A stretch of 52,111 nucleotides of DNA from an uncultured Gammaproteobacteria bacterium (GTDB taxonomy: Bacteria > Patescibacteriota > Microgenomatia > UBA12405 > UBA6130): positions 1 to 52,111 of the forward strand of contig CAZIOQ010000021.1 of assembly GCA_964540975.1 (NCBI GenBank), given 5' to 3'. The position numbers and the translations under genes were made by a program. Under the pieces are notes generated by a model. It was not told the DNA's origin. It worked only from the letters and a program-made list of their open reading frames with translations, and did no database searches. Shown here piece after piece: positions 17,107-25,834 of the stretch (positions are counted from its first letter, which is position 1; every line of letters starts with the position of its first letter).

Positions 17107-18480
17107 TTAGAGAGGTTCAATGCTGATGATTACCGCTTCATTTGGTTCGAGGGCCACCCGGAAAAACAAACTGTTGTCGGTAGTATTACCAGTTAATCTC
17201 GTATCCTGACCAAAAAGATAATCAAGGTTAATTTTGTATTTACCAGGGGAAAGAGGGAAAACTTTGATTGGTGGCGATTCAAAATGTTTATTTTCAGGAT
17301 CATAATTAACCAACATAATCATTACTAAAGACTTGTCTTGGCTGGCTATGCCGTAAACCCAACTGCCTTCGCCGGTAAGAAAAGTTCTTGTTCCTGTTAA
17401 TTGGTTTAAAAATTGATAGGCTAACCAGCGTGGTTTTGCCCTGATTCCACCTTTTGCTTGATGAGTTAGTAATCCCCAACCTTGGTTGTCATCAGGACCA
17501 TCCTTTATTTCGAAAGCAAAAACTTTATGGACCCGGTCCATTACTTGGGTGATGACCGCCAAATCATGAGCGGCGCCAATATTGTTTTGATACCAAATTG
17601 ATTTTTGGGTCTCTGGTCCAAATTCAGAAATAATTCTTTCAATTGCGAGCCACTCAGGATAATCGGTTAAAATTTGGTTGAAAGCTTCCAAGTCCTGAAC
17701 ATAATCTTGGGGGAGCAAAGAGTATTGGTGCCAGGAGATAAAATCTAATCTTAGTTTTTGCTCGCTAGCAAATTTTAAAAGCGCCTTGACCCAATTTGGA
17801 TAAAAACCAGTAGTGGCCGGACCACCAATTTTGAATGGCTGACATTCAGGTTGAATTTCTTGAGCCGCCTTGGCTGAGTAGTAATAGAGCTTTAAATAAT
17901 TAGGTGATTTGTGGTAATGCCACTGGCCAAAAAGATCTGGCTCGTTAAAAACTTCGTAATATACATTATTTATATTAAGATCATTTTTACCGCTGTAATG
18001 TTTGATGGTTACCTTGACTAGATTTTGCCACAAGGACCAGTTAATCGGCGGAGAAGTAATATTTTTATCTTGGGTCATTTGAGGGGGGATATAAGATAAA
18101 GATAACATTGGCGTCGCTCCGGTTTGCAAAATACTGACGACTACTCGATCTAATTTTGAAAAATCAAAGCTGCCGTCTGATTTTAAAACTTCATAATAAT
18201 CGTAAAGATGGTCAATTCTGATGAATTTTGGCTGAAGTGGGGTAAGCCAGGGCAGCGCTGGTTTAATCATCTCATTTCTTTCTTCTCCGCCTTGGGTAAA
18301 ATTTTGCCAGAGATTAGGATTTATCGGCTGTCCGGTTTGATTAAGGTCAACCGTGATGTTAGCTAATCTCCCCAGAGCTGTTTTCCTCAGCTCAATAATT
18401 TTTTTGACCGCCACTAACAAAAACGGTAGCAGGAATAAAGAAATGAAAAAATATAATGTTTTGTGATTCAATTTATTCAT
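17107..18480 (-). CDS. Secreted or membrane-anchored clan GH-A glycoside hydrolase (GH39/GH5-like TIM barrel)
   Basis: N-terminal TM/signal anchor. Acid/base motif YYEVFNEPD, a DFISWHQY motif, and a candidate nucleophile in IISEFGPE. The family assignment is tentative. Confidence 0.7.
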   Translation of the reverse strand: MNKLNHKTLYFFISLFLLPFLLVAVKKIIELRKTALGRLANITVDLNQTGQPINPNLWQNFTQGGEERNEMIKPALPWLTPLQPKFIRIDHLYDYYEVLKSDGSFDFSKLDRVVVSILQTGATPMLSLSYIPPQMTQDKNITSPPINWSLWQNLVKVTIKHYSGKNDLNINNVYYEVFNEPDLFGQWHYHKSPNYLKLYYYSAKAAQEIQPECQPFKIGGPATTGFYPNWVKALLKFASEQKLRLDFISWHQYSLLPQDYVQDLEAFNQILTDYPEWLAIERIISEFGPETQKSIWYQNNIGAAHDLAVITQVMDRVHKVFAFEIKDGPDDNQGWGLLTHQAKGGIRAKPRWLAYQFLNQLTGTRTFLTGEGSWVYGIASQDKSLVMIMLVNYDPENKHFESPPIKVFPLSPGKYKINLDYLFGQDTRLTGNTTDNSLFFRVALEPNEAVIISIEPL

Positions 18481-18660
18481 TTGCCAAATAATGATTAGTC
18501 TTTTTGGTTGACTTTTTGATCAGAATCCATTTTTTCAAAATCCCTTGTTGACAAAATTAATTGAAAGATATTTACTGATATTAATTAACTCTAAAAGAAA
18601 TTTGACTATTTTGCAATTTTTAAAGATGAGACTTGACAGACCCCAAAAAATTTTGTTTAA

Positions 18661-19620
18661 ATGAAAATAAGTCTTTTAAAATTTTTTAAAATGAAATTAA
18701 AGTTTTCTAGGAAAATTGCTTTTGGTTTTTCCGATCTGATTTTGCTAATTGCTTTAGGTTTACTCGCCTTAATTTTGCCTTTAGGAGTAAGATTGGTTCA
18801 AGAGACTTCCCAACTAGAAAAACAAGCGGTCAGTGCTCTCCCCACGCCTCTTGTCTTAACCCCTCCTTTTCTTGCCGAAGATTATTGTCAAAGTGATTCT
18901 GATTGTCCTTTTGATAAAGCCTGTCTAGATAATCGCTGTCAACCGCCTTCTTGTTTCACGACCATCGGTGGAGAATGCGAAGAATATCTTTATACTGATC
19001 ATTCCTGTTGGTTAGTGGCTAAACCAGATGGGACTGCTTGTGGAGAAGGAGGAAGATGCCGCCATGGAACTTGTCTAGAACCGACGACAGAAGCGGTGAT
19101 TAATTTTAAAATAAGATTTGATGGGGTAACCGAGAAAGTTCCTGATCAAAAAGTAAAGATAAAACTTGTTGGGTTTGAGGAGAGTAAAACATTTGAAGAT
19201 GTTCACGTCACTGCCGACGCCAATGGCGTTTTCAGCGGCACATTTGTTGCTCAAGGAATAAAACCTAGTGGTTGGGCATTTGTGATCAAAGGCCCAAAGC
19301 ATTTGGCAATGAAATTTTGCCATAACAACCAGACTAATATTTGTCTTGGGCAAGGCAATTTGACCATTTTAAAAGGGGAGAACAATTTTGATTTTACTGG
19401 ACTAAAACTGTTAGCCGGTGATATTCCTGATCTTAATGGGATTCAAGATGGAGTAGCTGATAGTAGTGATTTTGCTATTTTGGTTAAAGCCTTAGATGAG
19501 CAAGATCGGTTAAGAATGAATTCTCAACGAGCAGACCTTAATTTTGATCGCTTAAATACAGGAGCAGATATTCAATTGTTCCTCAAGACAGTGGCTGAAA
19601 AATATGCTGATGATTTCTAA
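18661..19620 (+). CDS. Membrane-anchored Cys-rich protein with a C-terminal dockerin-like double Ca-loop
   Basis: N-terminal hydrophobic anchor. 12 Cys in ~70 aa (CQSDSDCPFDKACLDNRCQ...). The C-terminus has GDIPDLNGIQDGVADSSDF and DLNFDRLNTGAD (DxNxDxxxxxxD) repeats. The start may instead be the ATG at 18691. Confidence 0.6.
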   Translation: MKISLLKFFKMKLKFSRKIAFGFSDLILLIALGLLALILPLGVRLVQETSQLEKQAVSALPTPLVLTPPFLAEDYCQSDSDCPFDKACLDNRCQPPSCFTTIGGECEEYLYTDHSCWLVAKPDGTACGEGGRCRHGTCLEPTTEAVINFKIRFDGVTEKVPDQKVKIKLVGFEESKTFEDVHVTADANGVFSGTFVAQGIKPSGWAFVIKGPKHLAMKFCHNNQTNICLGQGNLTILKGENNFDFTGLKLLAGDIPDLNGIQDGVADSSDFAILVKALDEQDRLRMNSQRADLNFDRLNTGADIQLFLKTVAEKYADDF

Positions 19621-19650
19621 AAATTTGTTACTTTTTAGCCAGGAGCAAAA

Positions 19651-20343
19651 ATGCTAGATTTTTCTAAAAAGGCAAAAAAAATAGAAAAAGATAGCTATTT
19701 CTTTTGGGCAATTTTGATTTTGTGTTTTCTAATTATTGGAGAAAGTATTTGGGTAGTAGATAAATTTGTGAGCAAGAGACAACTTATCAGCCCAACCGAG
19801 AAATTTAAAGAAATTATTACTCAACAAGGAGAGACAAAAAAAGCAAAAGAGGTAGAAGTTTGGCTTGAGGGAGAGCAGAATTTAGTGGTTAATGAGTTAT
19901 CAGAAATTGAAATGGGAATAACTGGGCTTGAGGATACCCAAACTTTGGGAGCAGATTTTGTTTTACTTTATGATCCTCGCTTGGTAAAAATTGTTGATCA
20001 AGATACTATTAAAACTGGAGTCCAGATTAAAACATTACCCAACGAGTTAGGCGAGGTGGCCAGAAATTTGGTCGAAGAAGAAAAAGGAAGAATAATTGTT
20101 TCTTTAGTCAATTTAGACAAAAAAGGTGTTTTAATTCAGAAAGACAAGAAGATTCCTTTAGCGCAAATTAGTTTTGTTCCTTTATCTTTGGGCGAAATTA
20201 AATTTAGCTTTCAATTGGCTAGCCAAGAAGAACCAGGAACTAAAATCACAAAAGTAGATCAGATACCAAGTTTGGCCACTTTAGTTGCTAAGGACTATAA
20301 GGTTTCCGTAGTTGAATTACCAAAGAATTTTCCCGAGCAATGA
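19651..20343 (+). CDS. Membrane-anchored cohesin-like domain protein
   Basis: TM segment YFFWAILILCFLIIG. The beta-rich domain contains GADFVLLYDPRLVKIVD, a cohesin-like signature. Its stop overlaps the next start (ATGA). Confidence 0.55.
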   Translation: MLDFSKKAKKIEKDSYFFWAILILCFLIIGESIWVVDKFVSKRQLISPTEKFKEIITQQGETKKAKEVEVWLEGEQNLVVNELSEIEMGITGLEDTQTLGADFVLLYDPRLVKIVDQDTIKTGVQIKTLPNELGEVARNLVEEEKGRIIVSLVNLDKKGVLIQKDKKIPLAQISFVPLSLGEIKFSFQLASQEEPGTKITKVDQIPSLATLVAKDYKVSVVELPKNFPEQ

Positions 20344-21005
20344 AAAAATTAATTCTTTTTCTACTGCTTCTGTTTGTTTTTTTGAGCCTGCCGGGGAAGG
20401 TCCAAGCGGCTAATTTCTATTTGGAACCAAGCACAAGTACTGTTCAAGTGGGGAGCGAATTTGAGGTGGCGGTCTGGATTGATCCAGGGGGAGAAGATAT
20501 TCAGGCAATGGATATTTTTATTAATTATGATGCTACTAGATTGCAAACGAGTCAAGAGCAAATTAAAGATGAACAATATTTTGGGAGTTATGGTAGTTCA
20601 GTCTTTAATGTTTCTGATCCTCCTGGTAAGCTAAGCCTTTATGTTTTTTCTAACCAAGGAACTTATTCTAGAAATACTGAAGGAAAAGTGGTGACGATCA
20701 CTTTTAAAGCCAAAGTTACGGGCACTGCCTCGGTTAATTTCATTTGCGGTGGTGAATCTGGCAGCGCTATTTGGGATTCGGCGGTGACTAATCTGATTGT
20801 CTGTGGGGCCAATGGGTCGGGGAGTTATACTTTGATTGAATCTGGGACAACGCCAACTTTGACTCCCACCGAGATCGAACCAACAGTTGAGGAAACCGCC
20901 ACCTCAACAGCCCTCCCAGAAACTGGTTTTTCTCCTTTTGGTTGGGGAGCAGTGTTATTGGGAGGAATCCTGATCAGTACTAGTTTATTGATATTATTGT
21001 TTTAG
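20340..21005 (+). CDS. Cohesin-like surface protein with an LPXTG sortase sorting signal
   Basis: Signal peptide ending VQA. Cohesin-like VAVWIDPGGEDIQAMDIFINYDATRLQ, a Thr/Pro linker, and LPETG (nt 20913-20927) followed by a 25-aa hydrophobic tail. Confidence 0.7.
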   Translation: MKKLILFLLLLFVFLSLPGKVQAANFYLEPSTSTVQVGSEFEVAVWIDPGGEDIQAMDIFINYDATRLQTSQEQIKDEQYFGSYGSSVFNVSDPPGKLSLYVFSNQGTYSRNTEGKVVTITFKAKVTGTASVNFICGGESGSAIWDSAVTNLIVCGANGSGSYTLIESGTTPTLTPTEIEPTVEETATSTALPETGFSPFGWGAVLLGGILISTSLLILLF

Positions 21006-21016
21006 ACAGGAAAACA

Positions 21017-21610
21017 ATGAAAAAGAATTTAAAAATAATTTTTATTGTGATTATTCTTTTTTCTGCCGGGATAGCAGCGGTTTTTGGGGTGAAAATGGTT
21101 AAGACATATTTAAGTGGCGCCCAAACCGGAACAGCGCCAAAAAATGTCCGGATTCAAGTCGAGACTAATTCCGCCACCATTTCTTGGCAGACAGATAAAG
21201 AATCACAAGGAGTAGTAGAATATGGTGCCAATCAAGCAAGTTTGCTTTTAAGGGTGCCAGAAACAGCGCCGTCAATTAATCACAAAGTGATTTTATCTCC
21301 TTTGAAAGCAGAAACAAATTATTATTTTCGGATTAGAGTTGGCGAGCTAATTTATGATAATAATGGTATTCCTTATACATTCAAAACAAAACCGGTTGAG
21401 GGAGCAGCGGCGACAGCGATACCATCACCTCAAGCGACAATTACTCCAATTACCAAGAAAGAATCAACTCCTTCCGCCAGATTAGTAAAAACCTGTCAGG
21501 CCGAGGAATTTAAAATGAAAATGGGTGGGAGCGATCAGGCTTATGATTTCGATGCCAATGGAGTGGTTAATGCCAAAGACTGGTTGGAATGCCTTAAAAC
21601 AAACAAATAG
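21017..21610 (+). CDS. Membrane-anchored FN3-like protein with a C-terminal dockerin/EF-hand-like loop
   Basis: N-terminal TM segment. FN3-like NVRIQVETNSATISWQTDKESQGVVEYG...YYFRIRV. The C-terminus has DFDANGVVNAKD (DxDxNGxxxxxD) flanked by Cys. Confidence 0.6.
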   Translation: MKKNLKIIFIVIILFSAGIAAVFGVKMVKTYLSGAQTGTAPKNVRIQVETNSATISWQTDKESQGVVEYGANQASLLLRVPETAPSINHKVILSPLKAETNYYFRIRVGELIYDNNGIPYTFKTKPVEGAAATAIPSPQATITPITKKESTPSARLVKTCQAEEFKMKMGGSDQAYDFDANGVVNAKDWLECLKTNK

Positions 21611-21749
21611 CTTCTGATAGTGAAGACATTTTTCCTATTGTCAACTGCTTTTTTTTAAGTTAAACTATAAAATGATCAAGACCCTTGATTGGGCTGGATC
21701 AAGTTTAAGAGGCCAAAATTTTTCCAGTTGGGAAAGGGGGTGTTTTTTA

Positions 21750-21953
21750 ATGGCAATTGTAGTTAAAAAGAAAAGAGGTGAAAGCAAAATTGAACTTATT
21801 AATAGATTTAGAAAAATTTTTTTAGAAGAGGGGATTATTGATCAAATTAAAGAAAAAGTTCATTATGTGAAACCCTCAAGAAAACGCTATGAAAGGAAAA
21901 AGGAGATTGATTATAAGAATAAATTAGATCAAAGGAGATTAGCCAATGGTTAA
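21750..21953 (+). CDS. rpsU: 30S ribosomal protein S21
   Basis: Small basic protein: ELINRFRKIFLEEGIIDQIKEKVHYVKPSRKRYERKKE matches the S21 pattern (RRFKR...YEKPS..RKRK). The ATG at 21750 follows GGAAAGGGGG. Confidence 0.8.
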   Translation: MAIVVKKKRGESKIELINRFRKIFLEEGIIDQIKEKVHYVKPSRKRYERKKEIDYKNKLDQRRLANG

Positions 21954-22392
21954 AAATATTGAGGAACAGTTAAAGGTTGATTTTAGGCAATCTCTTCTTG
22001 CCGGGAGGAGCAAGGAGGCAGAGGCTTTGCGTTACTTGATCTCCATTCTCCAAAAACAAGCCTCAAGAAAGCCGGATGGCAAATTAAGCGAAGTGGAAAA
22101 AATTAATCTTTTACAAAAAGAGTTAAAAACAAAACAAGAGGCTTTGACGCTTTTTCAGAAAGCTGGTCGAGAGGAATTGGTGAAACAAGAAGAATTTGAA
22201 ATTAAGGTCTTGAAAAGATATTTGCCCAAAATGCTCAGCCCCCAAAAAATCAATCAGATAATTCAAAAAGTGCTTCTTCAAGAACAAGATTTTGGTAAGG
22301 TGATGGCTAAGGTAATGGTTAAGCTAAAGGGAAAAGCGGCCGCAGACCAAGTAGTTGAATTGGTTAAACAAGCCTTAAGTCAGCAAAAATGA
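21946..22392 (+). CDS. yqeY: GatB/YqeY domain protein
   Basis: ~148 aa with YqeY-like repeats and the motif LKRYLPKMLS. It occupies the conserved position downstream of rpsU. Confidence 0.75.
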   Translation: MVKNIEEQLKVDFRQSLLAGRSKEAEALRYLISILQKQASRKPDGKLSEVEKINLLQKELKTKQEALTLFQKAGREELVKQEEFEIKVLKRYLPKMLSPQKINQIIQKVLLQEQDFGKVMAKVMVKLKGKAAADQVVELVKQALSQQK

Positions 22393-22769
22393 GAATTTTG
22401 ATTAGTAAAGATCCGCGTTATCCTCTTGAGAACAAAAAAATAAAAGCAGCGGTGAAAAAAATTTTAAAACAATTAGGGATAAAGGATAATTTTGAAGTCA
22501 GTATTGCCTTTGTGGGCAAAAGAAAAGCGCTCAGGATGAACAAAATTTATCGACAGATGGATTACATTCCTGAAGTTTTAAGTTTTTCTCAAGATGGTGA
22601 TCAGGCGGGAGAGCAAAAACTTTTAGGCGATATTTTGATCTGTTTTCCTCAAGTTCGAGAAAGGGCGATTACCGAAAACCGCTTAGTTGATGAAGTGATA
22701 GAAGAGTTGCTGGCTTGGGGTCTACGAAACTTAGTGACAGATCTGTCTTGGCAGGCGAAGCTTAAGTGA
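22389..22769 (+). CDS. YbeY-like protein lacking the catalytic His triad
   Basis: YbeY-like core (VSIAFVGKRKALRMNKIYRQMDYIPEVLSF, LLGDILICFPQV). Where HGxLHLxGYDH is expected, the sequence reads AWGLRNLVTDL. Confidence 0.6.
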   Translation: MRILISKDPRYPLENKKIKAAVKKILKQLGIKDNFEVSIAFVGKRKALRMNKIYRQMDYIPEVLSFSQDGDQAGEQKLLGDILICFPQVRERAITENRLVDEVIEELLAWGLRNLVTDLSWQAKLK

Positions 22770-22821
22770 AATAAATTAACTTAAGGGGAAAAATAATTAA
22801 ATGGAGAGGATTTAAGAAATA

Positions 22822-24336
22822 ATGGATGCTTTTTACCTAAAATACCGCCCGCGATTAATTTCTGAGCTGGAACATATCCCGGCCAGGGAGATGTTAAAAA
22901 AAATTATTGCTCAGGGAGAAATTCCTCATAGCTTTTTATTTGTTGGGCCGAAAGGAATAGGGAAGACCTCAGCGGCAAGGATTTTAGCCAAAATCCTTGG
23001 TTGTCTTGACCAAAAAGGAGTGGATCCCTGTAGCAAGTGTGAGGTTTGTCAGGCAACTGATCAGGGGACTAATTTAGATATTATCGAGATCGATGCCGCT
23101 TCTAATCGGGGAATTGATGATATAAGAGAACTCCGAGATAAAATTAATCTAAGACCAATAAAAGCGAGAAACAAGATTTATATTGTTGACGAGGTTCATA
23201 TGTTGACCCAAGAGGCATTTAATGGCATTCTAAAAACCTTAGAAGAGCCGCCAGAACATGCTTATTTTATTTTTTGCACCACTAATAGAGAGAAAATTCC
23301 TGAGACAGTTTTGTCAAGATTAACAATAATTAATTTTTCCCGGGCAACCGATGGGGAAATCATTACTTCTCTTAAACGAGTAGTCAAAGGTGAGGCAATC
23401 AAGATTGATGATGAAAGTTTAAAGTTAATTGCCCAAAGTGCTGATGGTAGTTTTCGGGACGGCCAAAAAATTTTGTATCAACTTTATTTGGCCGAAGGAA
23501 AAAAAATAAGCAAAAAAGCAACCAGACAACTTGTTGGTCGCTGGCTAATGTTTTTGCCCCGCGAATTAGTGAAATTAATTCTTATGAACAAACAAAAAAA
23601 AGCCTTAAAAATTAGTCAAGATTTAGAAAAAGAAGCAATTGATTTTGGCGATTATCTAAAACGGTGTTTGGAATGGGTCCAAAAATTAATTTTCTTTAAA
23701 TTAGGGATAGAAGATGAACAATTAATTGAAGAAGAATATCTTAACCATATTAAATTGGATCAGTTGGTTCACCTGGCAAACAGATTTTCTCAGGCCCTTC
23801 AGGAACAAAAAACAACTCCAATTGCCGCCTTACCTTTACAACTTTTGATTGCTTCCTGGTCGCCAAAGCAGCCAGAAAGGGAGACAATTAAAAAGGCAGA
23901 GAAAAAAACAACAATTGGGGCTAAAAACCAAATTTTAGAAAAGCAAAAAGAGGAGAAATCTTTAGCTAAAGAAAACAAGATTAGTTTTAAGTTAATTCAA
24001 GAGAGGTGGAGTGAACTTTTAAAGACAATCAAGCCAATGAATCATTCAGTTGAAGCTTTACTGCGAGCTTGTCGGCCTTTAAGTCTTAATGGCAATCGCT
24101 TAACAATTGAGGTTTTTTATCAATTCCATAAAGAAAAACTTGAAGAAGAAAGACACCGTCAAATTGTAGAAGAAGGGATTAAAAAAATTTTTGGCATCAG
24201 GCAAGAAGTATTTTGTGTTTTGGCTAAAAAAAGACAAGAGCACTTTTCAGTCTCAACTAACGATAACCAAGAAAAAAAAGATAAAAGCCCGGAAGATGAA
24301 CTTTTTGAGGCAGCCAAAGAAATTTTTGGCAGTTAA
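22822..24336 (+). CDS. dnaX: DNA polymerase III subunit tau/gamma
   Basis: GPKGIGKTSAAR Walker A, a zinc module CSKCEVCQ, DEVHML, SRLT sensor, and GSFRDG. Confidence 0.92.
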   Translation: MDAFYLKYRPRLISELEHIPAREMLKKIIAQGEIPHSFLFVGPKGIGKTSAARILAKILGCLDQKGVDPCSKCEVCQATDQGTNLDIIEIDAASNRGIDDIRELRDKINLRPIKARNKIYIVDEVHMLTQEAFNGILKTLEEPPEHAYFIFCTTNREKIPETVLSRLTIINFSRATDGEIITSLKRVVKGEAIKIDDESLKLIAQSADGSFRDGQKILYQLYLAEGKKISKKATRQLVGRWLMFLPRELVKLILMNKQKKALKISQDLEKEAIDFGDYLKRCLEWVQKLIFFKLGIEDEQLIEEEYLNHIKLDQLVHLANRFSQALQEQKTTPIAALPLQLLIASWSPKQPERETIKKAEKKTTIGAKNQILEKQKEEKSLAKENKISFKLIQERWSELLKTIKPMNHSVEALLRACRPLSLNGNRLTIEVFYQFHKEKLEEERHRQIVEEGIKKIFGIRQEVFCVLAKKRQEHFSVSTNDNQEKKDKSPEDELFEAAKEIFGS

Positions 24337-24412
24337 GCTTCATTTAGCCAATTTTTGCCATAATGGTAAAATATTGAAATTATAAGTTATAAATTGATTT
24401 TCAAGGAGGTTG

Positions 24413-24679
24413 ATGGCAATTTTTGATAACTTAAAACAAGCAAAAAAATTAATGGAATTAAGAAGTCAACAAAAAAAACTTGCCCAATTAGAAGTTACTT
24501 TTGAGGAACAAGGAATAAAAGTCATTGTTAGTGGCGATCAAAAGATAAAATTTTTGTCAATCAATGGTCAGGAAGACAAGCGCTTGGTTGAGGTTTTGAA
24601 TAAAGCTTTGAAAAAGAGTCAAAAAATGGTGGCGAAACAAGCCCAGGATGTTTTAGGAGATTTATTGGGTCTTAAATGA
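24413..24679 (+). CDS. ybaB: Nucleoid-associated protein YbaB/EbfC
   Basis: ~88 aa in the conserved dnaX-ybaB-recR order. AAGGAGG lies just upstream. Confidence 0.8.
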   Translation: MAIFDNLKQAKKLMELRSQQKKLAQLEVTFEEQGIKVIVSGDQKIKFLSINGQEDKRLVEVLNKALKKSQKMVAKQAQDVLGDLLGLK

Positions 24680-25287
24680 GAGAAACATTACCTAGGGCGT
24701 TAAAAAAGCTTATTGCTTTTTTCGATCAGCTGCCGGGGATTGGCCCAAAAAGCGCTGCTCGATTAGCCCTTTATCTTTTTCAAACCCCACAATCTTTTTT
24801 AACCGACTTTGGTAAGACAATTGGGGAACTCAAAAACCAGGTGAAAGCTTGTTCAATTTGTTTTAATCTTGATGATCAGGATCCTTGTCGAATTTGTCAA
24901 TCTGAAACAAGGGATAGAAAAAAAATTTGTGTTGTGGAAAAAGTTTTGGATGTCATTGCTTTGGAAAATACTGGCAAATATGATGGTCTTTATCATATTT
25001 TGGGTGGAGCAATTAACCCTTTAGCACAAATTGGCCCAGAAGAATTAAATATTGGACCTCTTTTGGCAAGATTAAAGACCGACACCAAAATTAAAGAAGT
25101 GATTTTAGCCACTAATCCGACCTTAGAGGGAGAAGCAACGGCGATGTATTTGAAAAAAAAGATTGATAGCTTAGGGAAAAATTTAATCATTACCAGAATC
25201 GGTCATGGTTTGCCTTTAGGTGCTGATTTGGATTATGCTGATCCTGGTACCTTAATCCAAGCTTTAATAGGGAGAAGAAGAGTATAA
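24676..25287 (+). CDS. recR: Recombination protein RecR
   Basis: HhH LPGIGPKSAARLA, a C4 zinc finger CSICFNL...CRICQ, and Toprim VVEKVLDVIALE ... ATNPTLEGEATAMY. Confidence 0.93.
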   Translation: MRETLPRALKKLIAFFDQLPGIGPKSAARLALYLFQTPQSFLTDFGKTIGELKNQVKACSICFNLDDQDPCRICQSETRDRKKICVVEKVLDVIALENTGKYDGLYHILGGAINPLAQIGPEELNIGPLLARLKTDTKIKEVILATNPTLEGEATAMYLKKKIDSLGKNLIITRIGHGLPLGADLDYADPGTLIQALIGRRRV

Positions 25288-25301
25288 AGAAAATTTTTTT
25301 C

Positions 25302-25330
25302 TGGTCAAATAATTAATGTGATATTATAAT
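25302..25330 (+). promoter_or_regulatory. Candidate promoter giving a leaderless mRNA (TGGTCA-17-TATAAT)
   Basis: TATAAT at 25325-25330 is preceded by TGTGATAT. The ATG at 25338 is only 7 nt downstream and has no Shine-Dalgarno sequence. Confidence 0.4.
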
Positions 25331-25337
25331 CTTAATT

Positions 25338-25820
25338 ATGGATCAAAAAGGGATTACGAAAGGAGTGGTTAAAGGATTAGGGGAAATTGTGAGGAGTGAA
25401 ACTGGCAAAAGAGCGGTCAAAGAACCGATCAAGATTGCTTCTCAGGTTTTAGAAACTACTCTCTTTCCCTCCAAAGAAGATAAAACTGACAAAAAAATTG
25501 CTCAACTTAAGCAACAGGATCAACAAGAAATTGCCAAAATAAAAGAACAACTAAAATCGTTACCAAAAAAACAACCAGCTTTTAAGCCAAGAGATATCGA
25601 GACAGAGATTCAACAGGTTAGAAAGCAAAAACAAATTCAATTAGGGGCAAAAGAAGAGGAATTTCTAAGAGAGATTCAACAAAAACGAGAAGAGGAGAGA
25701 AAACAAGCAGAATGGCCGGAGCCAATTACACCGCCGGCTAAAAGACCGCGAGGATTGCCGCCCTGGTTTATGAAGGAGAAACAAGGAACAAAAGAAACCA
25801 AAGTGAGAACAGGAGAATAA
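25338..25820 (+). CDS. Hypothetical highly charged (Lys/Glu/Gln-rich) protein
   Basis: ORF with coiled-coil-like low complexity. No recognisable motif. Confidence 0.45.
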   Translation: MDQKGITKGVVKGLGEIVRSETGKRAVKEPIKIASQVLETTLFPSKEDKTDKKIAQLKQQDQQEIAKIKEQLKSLPKKQPAFKPRDIETEIQQVRKQKQIQLGAKEEEFLREIQQKREEERKQAEWPEPITPPAKRPRGLPPWFMKEKQGTKETKVRTGE

Positions 25821-25834
25821 CCAATCATCTTAAG

